Shown here one piece after another: positions 19,019 to 25,458 of a stretch of DNA of 26,361 nucleotides. Position 1 is the stretch's first letter, and each line of letters starts with the position of its first letter. Both the position numbers and the translations under genes were made by a program. The stretch spans positions 1 to 26,361 of the forward strand of contig DMAP01000023.1 of the NCBI GenBank assembly GCA_003446975.1, given 5' to 3'. Below the pieces are notes generated by a model. It searched no databases. It had not been told where the DNA came from and saw only the letters and a list, made by a program, of their open reading frames with translations. The DNA is from Clostridiales bacterium (GTDB lineage Bacteria > Bacillota > Clostridia > Tissierellales > Dethiosulfatibacteraceae).

Positions 19019-20686
19019 ATGGAGGTGGTTATCATATTTGAACTGTTTGACAAACTCAGTTTTCCCGTCATAATCCTTGATGGAGAAAAAACAGTCTACA
19101 CAAACCATCAAGCCGACACAATGCTGGATATTGATAGTCTTTCAGAGGTCATTAAAGCAGGTTCAGAATTAACTTTTGGAAGTCAATCCTATCGGATCAA
19201 CAGATTTTTAGCCACTATTTCAGACAAAAAATACCAAGTGCTTGAGCTACAGAATACAACCAATCTAAGGAGTCTTGAAGAAAAAGTCTATTGCTATGAA
19301 GCCATCTTTGATAAGCTTGATGATGGGCTTTTAATGAGCGACAAGAATGGCAGAATCATTTTATATAATCCTTCTCAGGAAAAACTGGAGGGGCTGGTAA
19401 AAGAAAACTGCCTCGGCAAATATCTTTGGGAGGTCTATCAATATGAAGCCCCCGAAATGTCAGAGCACCGTCAGGTTTTCAAAACCCAGAATCCTATCAT
19501 AAAGGAATATAAATCCCACGTAAAAAACGGACAGTCGGAGAAATACCTGTCCTATTCAACCTATCCGGTCATTCAGAATAATCAGACGCTTTCAGTGTTT
19601 TCTGTTAGCAAAAATGAATCCAAACTATTGGAGCTTCTTTCAGAAACCCTTGAACTTAAACGGAAACTAAAAAGCAGCACCATGACCAAATCTTTCAATA
19701 ATGGCACTTTCTACACATTTGACGATATAAAAGGGAACAGCTCTGCTATGACAAACACCATTAAAGAGGCAGAGAGAATGTCTCTGATTGACGGCAATCT
19801 GCTGATTATTGGCGAAACAGGCGTCGGCAAGGAGATGTTCGCTCAAAGCATCCATAACATGAGCAAGCATAACAAGGAGAAGTTTTTTGCAGTCAATTGT
19901 GCCGCCTTGCCTGAAAATCTATTGGAAAGCACGCTCTTTGGAACCACAAAAGGATCCTTCACCGGCTCATTGGATCAGGACGGCTATCTGGATGAAGTGG
20001 GAAAAGGCACACTATTTCTTGATGAGCTAAACTCCCTGCCAATCTATATGCAGACCAAGCTTCTCAGGGTGTTCCAGGAGAGAAAATTCAGGAAAGTAGG
20101 GGGATTGAAAAACAAAGATGTGGAATGCAGAATTATTTGCGCTATCAACGAGGATCCTGAGACACTTGTCAGCGAGGGAAGGCTGCGGCAGGATCTGTAT
20201 TTTAGAATCTCCAGATTATGTTTATTCATACCTCCTTTGAGAGAGCGTCCGGAGGATATTGTTTTTCTGACTAACTTTTTCATCAGCAAATACAATGAGA
20301 TTCTGGATAAGAATATCAAAGTCTATGCAAACGATTTGAGAGAACTGCTTTATGATTATTTCTGGCCAGGCAACGTCAGGGAGCTGGAGCATGTTGTCGA
20401 AAATCTTGTAATCAATGCTGAAACCAGCGAGTCTGAGCTCAGCAGCTCCCATTTACCCAATTATCTAAAAAACAAGCTTCTTAAGGAGACAAACAAAAAC
20501 CGCAGAAGCGTGGGTTCACTACCTGAAACCCTAAATGAAGTGGAAAGAAAGATAATTGTTGAAGCCCTCAATCGATTTAATTGGAATTTCACCAAAACCT
20601 CAGCCTATTTGGGAATTATAAGGCAAAGCCTTATCTATCGGGTCAAAAAGCTTGATATCACAAGAGACAAGGATTATTGGCTATAA
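19019..20686 (+). CDS. PAS-domain sigma-54-dependent transcriptional activator (RocR-like bEBP)
   Basis: PAS region, Walker A GETGVGKE, VNCAALPENLLESTLFG, GAFTGA variant GSFTGS, Walker B LFLDE, RQDLYFR, WPGNVRELE, C-terminal Fis-type HTH. Exact start is uncertain. Confidence 0.95.
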   Translation: MEVVIIFELFDKLSFPVIILDGEKTVYTNHQADTMLDIDSLSEVIKAGSELTFGSQSYRINRFLATISDKKYQVLELQNTTNLRSLEEKVYCYEAIFDKLDDGLLMSDKNGRIILYNPSQEKLEGLVKENCLGKYLWEVYQYEAPEMSEHRQVFKTQNPIIKEYKSHVKNGQSEKYLSYSTYPVIQNNQTLSVFSVSKNESKLLELLSETLELKRKLKSSTMTKSFNNGTFYTFDDIKGNSSAMTNTIKEAERMSLIDGNLLIIGETGVGKEMFAQSIHNMSKHNKEKFFAVNCAALPENLLESTLFGTTKGSFTGSLDQDGYLDEVGKGTLFLDELNSLPIYMQTKLLRVFQERKFRKVGGLKNKDVECRIICAINEDPETLVSEGRLRQDLYFRISRLCLFIPPLRERPEDIVFLTNFFISKYNEILDKNIKVYANDLRELLYDYFWPGNVRELEHVVENLVINAETSESELSSSHLPNYLKNKLLKETNKNRRSVGSLPETLNEVERKIIVEALNRFNWNFTKTSAYLGIIRQSLIYRVKKLDITRDKDYWL

Positions 20687-20692
20687 AATCCT

Positions 20693-21565
20693 TTAGATAT
20701 AAATCTGTTCCATCGAAAAATGATGGGCTTGGAGATAATGGTCCAGCACATCCTTCAAGGCGTCCAGGGGAACAGGGCCTACAAGCTCTGTTCCAGCTAC
20801 TTGAACGCCATAGCTGAGGGCCTCTGATTTGACGGTCTCAAAAACCCGATGGATGGGTGTCTTGGCATAGTTGGTCAGATTCATTGAAATCTGAATCATT
20901 TTCCCTTCTTCAATTGGCAAAGCGATAGCTCTGACGTATTGATATCCGCCAGTAGCGCCTCGAACAGCCTTCACTATTTTTTTTCCCAAGTCAATGTCGT
21001 CAGTTCTCAGGTTCACATTGAAAGCTACCAATGGAAATCTGACGCCCGTGACTGTTGCACCGCTCTTGGGGACAAACTCAAAGGGTCCCTCATCGGGATG
21101 CCACTCTTCATTCTTCATCTTTTCAGGCAGTGCTTCATACTGGCCTTTTCTGATGTTCACCAGATTGGTTCTTTCGGGTCTGGTTGCCGCATCCTCATAA
21201 TAATAGACCGGCACGCCCAGGCTGCCTAGATATTTTCCAAACTCTCTCGAAATCTCAATCGTTTCTTCTGTAGTCATGTCTTTAACGGGAATAAATGGCA
21301 CCACATCAACAGCCCCCATTCTGGGATGGCTGCCGGTATGTTCCCGCATGTCTATCAACTCTATTGCCTTCGCCGCCAGGTCCTTTGTCCCTTGCAGCAC
21401 AGCCTCGGGAGCACCTATATAAGTAAACACCGTCCTGTTGTGATTGGGTTCTGAGTCCACATCTATTATTTCCACTTCATTGCGAGCCAATGCTGCTCTC
21501 ACCTGATTGATAAGTTCCTGGTCTCTGCCCTCGCTAATGTTCACTTCCGCCAATAGTCTTTTCAT
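20693..21565 (-). CDS. ftcD: Glutamate formiminotransferase (THF-dependent)
   Basis: NISEGR, HNRTVFT, IDMREHTGSHPRMGAVDVVPF, GATVTGVRFPLVAFNVNL, QISMNL, TELVG; ATGA overlap with the upstream gene. Confidence 0.93.
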   Translation of the reverse strand: MKRLLAEVNISEGRDQELINQVRAALARNEVEIIDVDSEPNHNRTVFTYIGAPEAVLQGTKDLAAKAIELIDMREHTGSHPRMGAVDVVPFIPVKDMTTEETIEISREFGKYLGSLGVPVYYYEDAATRPERTNLVNIRKGQYEALPEKMKNEEWHPDEGPFEFVPKSGATVTGVRFPLVAFNVNLRTDDIDLGKKIVKAVRGATGGYQYVRAIALPIEEGKMIQISMNLTNYAKTPIHRVFETVKSEALSYGVQVAGTELVGPVPLDALKDVLDHYLQAHHFSMEQIYI

Positions 21566-22140
21566 GATTCTCTACCTCCATATTGTTCTAGTATTTCAAC
21601 TGCCTTTTCCAATTCCTCAATAGCCTTTTTATCGCTGATACCGGAAAAGTTCGCCCGGATATTCAGAATACATCCAAAGACGCCAACCTTGGCCAACTCC
21701 ATTGCTATCAGTAGATCTGACCCTGCATTTGGATTAGACTTGCCCAGTAGTGACCGTCCCAGTTCGTAGACTCTCAGGCACATGAAGCCATTCTCTTTTG
21801 GCACATTGGATGCAATAACACTGCCACGGTGGATGGCATCTGTCCTGATGCTCTTTTCCTCGTCATTGTTTTTGGGCAATTTGTATGCGGACATCAGTAA
21901 GATAAAGGCCTCTTCATCTCTTTTACTGCCAGCCATCAGTTCAATGGCCAGATCATCCAACTCAGCGGCAATTGCCCTGTACTCTTCTCCCGATAGTCCA
22001 TAGCCTTTCTTTGCCGATAGCTTTGACACCATGGCAATCATCCCTGCGGCCATAGCGCCTACCAAAGCAGATGATGCTCCGCCACCGACTGTCGTGTTGT
22101 CAGAATCAATAATTTTATCCAACATATCGTTCCCTGTCAC
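21562..22140 (-). CDS. Formiminotetrahydrofolate cyclodeaminase / methenyl-THF cyclohydrolase family (FTCD C-terminal domain)
   Basis: TVGGGASSALVGAMAAG, DEEAF..LM.AYKLPK, NPNAGSDL, NIRAN; GTG start with SD GGGAG. Confidence 0.9.
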   Translation of the reverse strand: MTGNDMLDKIIDSDNTTVGGGASSALVGAMAAGMIAMVSKLSAKKGYGLSGEEYRAIAAELDDLAIELMAGSKRDEEAFILLMSAYKLPKNNDEEKSIRTDAIHRGSVIASNVPKENGFMCLRVYELGRSLLGKSNPNAGSDLLIAMELAKVGVFGCILNIRANFSGISDKKAIEELEKAVEILEQYGGRES

Positions 22141-22184
22141 AAAATCACTCCCTTTTGTTTGATTATTTATTCTAATTAAACCAT

Positions 22185-22201
22185 AGCAAAAATTATGCCA
22201 G
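22185..22201 (-). promoter_or_regulatory. Sigma-54 (-24/-12) promoter of the cyclodeaminase-formiminotransferase operon
   Basis: Minus strand CTGGCATAATTTTTGCT. Confidence 0.9.
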
Positions 22202-22211
22202 TTATTTAATT

Positions 22212-22239
22212 AAAAAAAACCGCCTGTTAAACAGACGGT
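22212..22239 (-). terminator. Intrinsic terminator downstream of the small membrane protein gene
   Basis: Minus strand ACCGTCTGTT-t-AACAGGCGGT followed by a long T-run. Confidence 0.75.
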
Positions 22240-22274
22240 GGGGAAGGGTGGTGTTTACATTCTCATCGATAAGT

Positions 22275-22289
22275 GTATAAATTTTATCC
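22275..22289. promoter_or_regulatory. Putative activator binding site (UAS 3), one mismatch
   Basis: GTATAA-att-TTATCC about 82 bp upstream of the second -24 element, the same geometry as UAS 1. Confidence 0.6.
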
Positions 22290-22411
22290 GATGACTAACA
22301 GTGCTAAGGCTCCCACTTCTATCAGTGGGAGACAAGCACTGTAGAGTCCCTGGATAACGGTTTCTAAGATTCAGATGGCGTTTGCCACCTGAACCCAAGA
22401 ATCCTGTTGAT
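22283..22411. mobile_element. Small non-autonomous hairpin-rich insertion (MITE/PATE-like, possibly IS200/IS605-derived)
   Basis: Two stacked hairpins: TTATCC/GGATAA, ACAGTGCT/AGCACTGT and CTCCCACT/AGTGGGAG; then TTCAGATGGC/GCCACCTGAA. GC-richer than its flanks, bounded by TTTAT (22283-22287) and TTGAT (22407-22411), no gene-like ORF. Confidence 0.65.
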
Positions 22412-22430
22412 ACATATATTGCTAAATCGT

Positions 22431-22661
22431 CTAAAAAATCAACTTCAAAACCAGGATCACGCCTCCTATGACAAGCAACGGTACGATTAGAAAGCTAAAC
22501 AGACTGAATAGAGCCAGAAAGGGTAGGACAATAACCGGAAAAACAGTCATCATTATGATAAAACCCAATATGCCAAAGATGACCCTTAGTACAAAAAAAC
22601 TTATTTTAATGGCTATTCCAAAAAACAATATGGCCAATATAAATCCAAATATTTGTGGCAT
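22431..22661 (-). CDS. Small hydrophobic membrane protein
   Basis: 76 aa, almost entirely hydrophobic (2-3 TM helices); strong SD AAGGAGG upstream; downstream terminator. Confidence 0.8.
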   Translation of the reverse strand: MPQIFGFILAILFFGIAIKISFFVLRVIFGILGFIIMMTVFPVIVLPFLALFSLFSFLIVPLLVIGGVILVLKLIF

Positions 22662-22789
22662 TTTATTTCCTCCTTAAAATTTGTTTAATGTTAGGTTTCA
22701 ATATCTCATTTGATAGTATTATTCTAAAACATGATCATTTGATATCTATTAGATAATTATTAAGATTTCATTAATAAAATGGCAGTTCG

Positions 22790-22848
22790 TTGACAACCAA
22801 AATCAAAATGTATATACTTTGAATATCAAAGCTTTGATACTCAAAGTA
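22790..22848 (+). promoter_or_regulatory. Sigma-A promoter with a tandem FabT-type operator
   Basis: TTGACA (22790-22795), 17 nt spacer, TATACT (22813-22818). Near-perfect 34-bp inverted repeat TACTTTGAATATCAAAGCTTTGATACTCAAAGTA (22815-22848) made of two CTTTGA-N3-TCAAAG boxes. Confidence 0.85.
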
Positions 22849-22863
22849 ATTTTAGGTGATTAG

Positions 22864-23310
22864 ATGAATAATAGACGTGAATCATTGAATAAAATCCTAG
22901 TGAAGTTGTTTAATGATATTCTCAAAATTGAAGAAAAATATTTATGCAGACATGCATTTAAAGACTTAACCATGACTGAATTTCATATAATAGAAAATAT
23001 AGGCAGTCATACAGAGCGCACCATGTCTGAAACCGCCAAGGATCTTAAAGTGACATCCGGCACTCTTACAATAGGCATAGATAATCTGGTGAAGAAAGGC
23101 TATGTGAAACGATACCGCTCTCCTGAAGACAAACGACAGGTTGTAATAACCCTCACTGAAAAGGGGGAGAAGGCCTATGCGGAACACGAACTGTTCCATC
23201 AGGAAATGGTTGACCATACATTGACTGATCTCAAACCTGAGCAGGAAGAAATTCTTATAAAAGCCCTATTTAACGTGGACAGCTATTTCAAGCAAAAATA
23301 TAAATTCTAA
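22864..23310 (+). CDS. fabT: MarR family regulator, FabT-like
   Basis: 148 aa; LVKLFNDILKIEE, FKDLTMTEFHIIE, GTLT..IDNLVKKGYVKR..SPEDKRQV..LTEKG, H..FH..MV resemble FabT; followed by DegV. Confidence 0.8.
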   Translation: MNNRRESLNKILVKLFNDILKIEEKYLCRHAFKDLTMTEFHIIENIGSHTERTMSETAKDLKVTSGTLTIGIDNLVKKGYVKRYRSPEDKRQVVITLTEKGEKAYAEHELFHQEMVDHTLTDLKPEQEEILIKALFNVDSYFKQKYKF

Positions 23311-23338
23311 ATCTAATTAAACTAAGTGGAGGATTGTA

Positions 23339-24184
23339 ATGTCAATCAAATTAGTAACTGACAGCACCAGCGATTTACCAAAGGAACTGGTGGATAAACT
23401 CGGAATAAAAGTTGTACCTTTAAGTGTCAATTTCGCAGAAAAATCTTATCTGGATGGCATTGAACTCAAACCCGAAGAATTTTATGAAAAACTTGTAACG
23501 GCAAAGGAACTGCCCACCACCTCTCAGGTGAATCCGGGAGAATTTATTGAGGTGTTCCAAAAATTACTGGATGATGGTCATGAGGTTCTAGGAATTTTTA
23601 TCGCCAAGGAGCTTAGCGGCACATTCTCATCGGCTTCCATCGCTAAAGATAGTATCGGGTCTGATAAGATTCATATTTTCGACTCGAGAGGTGTCAATGC
23701 CATGGCTGGTCTGATGCTCATTGAGGCTGCCAAGATGATTCAAACCGGCGCATCGGTTGAAGATATACTGAAAAGGATTCAGCTGATGTCTGAAAACATG
23801 AAATCCGCCATCATAATCGATACTCTTAAGTATCTGGTAAAAGGTGGTAGGCTGTCTAAAACACAGGGCGCTGCCGGAAGTCTTTTAAATCTTAAGCCTA
23901 TCATCAAAATTCAGGATGGCGTGGTTGAAACCGTCCACAAGGCTAGAGGTAAAGCCAAGGCAGTCAAATGGATTATGGATTGGATAAAAGAAGGTGGTTA
24001 TGACTTGTCCAACAAAACCGTTTTTGTACTGAATTCCAATGACCCTGAGTTTGGAGAAAAGATAAAAGACACACTTCTGGAAAACTTTAAAGTAAAAGAA
24101 GTGATTCAGGCACAGATTGGTAGTGTGGTCGGGACCCATTCAGGTCCGGGATGCGGTGGTGTTATGTTCTGCGCAATCGACTAA
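23339..24184 (+). CDS. DegV family fatty-acid-binding protein (FakB-like)
   Basis: VTDSTSDL, PTTSQ, LSGT, L.YLVKGGR, LNLKPII, VGTHSGPG; SD GGAGG. Confidence 0.95.
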   Translation: MSIKLVTDSTSDLPKELVDKLGIKVVPLSVNFAEKSYLDGIELKPEEFYEKLVTAKELPTTSQVNPGEFIEVFQKLLDDGHEVLGIFIAKELSGTFSSASIAKDSIGSDKIHIFDSRGVNAMAGLMLIEAAKMIQTGASVEDILKRIQLMSENMKSAIIIDTLKYLVKGGRLSKTQGAAGSLLNLKPIIKIQDGVVETVHKARGKAKAVKWIMDWIKEGGYDLSNKTVFVLNSNDPEFGEKIKDTLLENFKVKEVIQAQIGSVVGTHSGPGCGGVMFCAID

Positions 24185-24195
24185 TCCAATCATAT

Positions 24196-24230
24196 AAAAA
24201 ACCCTCTTCGTAAAAATGAAGAGGGTTTTT
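24196..24230. terminator. Bidirectional intrinsic terminator between the DegV and aspartokinase genes
   Basis: AAAAAACCCTCTTC-loop-GAAGAGGGTTTTT between convergent stop codons. Confidence 0.9.
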
Positions 24231-24231
24231 C

Positions 24232-25203
24232 TTAGAAATGAACCAGAAAATCATTGTGGATTTCTTTGAGGGATTGCATGAAATGCTCTTCATGCAAGAG
24301 AAATCTGAGTTGCCTATCCAACAGTCTCATATCAGCCCCATCATGTTTCTTGATGATCGAGACCATCTTGTCCCGGTGAGACCTGTTGGAATAGGTATGA
24401 ACAACAATCACATCTCTCGAAAGAGTGTCACAAGCAATCCCAAACACATTCTTCTTTTGATTTGTAATTTTCGTGCCTGGATTATCTGAAAAAGTGGACC
24501 TGACATAAAGATTGCTGCATGTCATTTTTTGTGCGATTCCTGCAGCTTTATTATGAAGCACCTTAGCCCCATAATCAGCATAAGTGCGACAGAACTCAAA
24601 ATCAGCATGTTTTATAACTTTTGCTGTTTCAATCAATTTTGGATCAGCTGTCATGATGCCTTCAACATCCGTATAGATAATTGTTGATTCCGCCTTCAGA
24701 GCACTACCCAATGCGACAGCAGTCGTGTCACTTCCACCTCTGCCAAGGGTGGTGATATCGCCACTATTAGTTAATCCTTGGGATCCAGCCACAACAATTA
24801 TTTTCCCCAATGCGAGCTGTCTTCTAATTGATCCGGGTCTTATGCTTAATATATCCGCATCAAAATGATTAAAATCTGTTATGATGCCAGCTTGCCAACC
24901 CGTCATGCTGATTGAGGGATATCCTTTGTCGTTCAAACCTGAGGCGACTATGGATGCGGTTATCATCTCACCACATGAGTAGATCATGTCGATTTCCCTT
25001 TTATTGGAATCTCCATGTCTATCCTTGATCAAATTGATAAGTGTATCTGTAGCATAAGGATCTCCCTCTCTACCTTGGGCTGACACGACCACCACTAGAT
25101 GACTGTATCTCTTTTTGTAATTGATAATCTTGTCATAAACATACTTTCTTTTTGCGTCTGTTGATAATGATGTTCCACCGAATTTTAATACTGCCAAAGC
25201 CAT
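24232..25203 (-). CDS. Aspartate kinase, DapG/AK-I-like, with a shortened C-terminal regulatory region
   Basis: KFGGTS, VVVSA, DPYATDTL, SCGE, TTLGRGGSDTTA, YTDVEGIMTADP, GAKVLH. ATG 25203 with SD GGAGG gives 323 aa. Confidence 0.9.
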   Translation of the reverse strand: MALAVLKFGGTSLSTDAKRKYVYDKIINYKKRYSHLVVVVSAQGREGDPYATDTLINLIKDRHGDSNKREIDMIYSCGEMITASIVASGLNDKGYPSISMTGWQAGIITDFNHFDADILSIRPGSIRRQLALGKIIVVAGSQGLTNSGDITTLGRGGSDTTAVALGSALKAESTIIYTDVEGIMTADPKLIETAKVIKHADFEFCRTYADYGAKVLHNKAAGIAQKMTCSNLYVRSTFSDNPGTKITNQKKNVFGIACDTLSRDVIVVHTYSNRSHRDKMVSIIKKHDGADMRLLDRQLRFLLHEEHFMQSLKEIHNDFLVHF

Positions 25204-25232
25204 GCGATGCCTCCATAGTTGAGATTGAAAAT

Positions 25233-25256
25233 AAAAAAACTTCTCGAAAGAGAAGT
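25233..25256 (-). terminator. SAM riboswitch expression-platform terminator
   Basis: Minus strand ACTTCTC-tttc-GAGAAGT followed by a T-run. Confidence 0.75.
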
Positions 25257-25270
25257 CAATAGTCAAAAAA

Positions 25271-25364
25271 CTTATCTTTCAGATTAAATCTGCAGGATTT
25301 AGCACCTTGCTTACGCAGGTTGCTGAGATTTCACAGGGCCTGTCCCTCTATCTCTCTTGATAAG
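25271..25364 (-). ncRNA. SAM-I (S-box) riboswitch upstream of the aspartokinase
   Basis: Minus strand CTTATCAAGAGAGATAGAGGGACAGGCCCTGTGAAATCTCAGCAACC...AAGGTGCTAAATCCTGCAGATTTAATCTGAAAGATAAG. Confidence 0.96.
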
Positions 25365-25383
25365 ATGTATTCAATTAAAGTAC

Positions 25384-25412
25384 ATTGTAGAGCTTTTGTG
25401 TTCGAATGTCAA
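25384..25412 (-). promoter_or_regulatory. Sigma-A promoter for the SAM leader/aspartokinase
   Basis: Minus strand TTGACA (25407-25412), 17 nt spacer, TACAAT (25384-25389). Confidence 0.8.
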
Positions 25413-25458
25413 GGGGTAATACGCATTTTGTTTAGTTAATACAATCTAATGGCGGAAG

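Noticed and set aside
19951..19970. GSFTGS instead of GAFTGA as a sign of a sigma-54-independent activator
   Set aside because: The central FTG core is intact and two consensus sigma-54 promoters flank the gene.
22815..22848. Repeats here and at 22283-22411 as a CRISPR array
   Set aside because: These are inverted repeats without repeat-spacer periodicity, and no cas genes are present.
25204..25266. 21-aa N-terminal extension of the aspartokinase
   Set aside because: It overlaps the riboswitch terminator; SD GGAGG supports ATG 25203.
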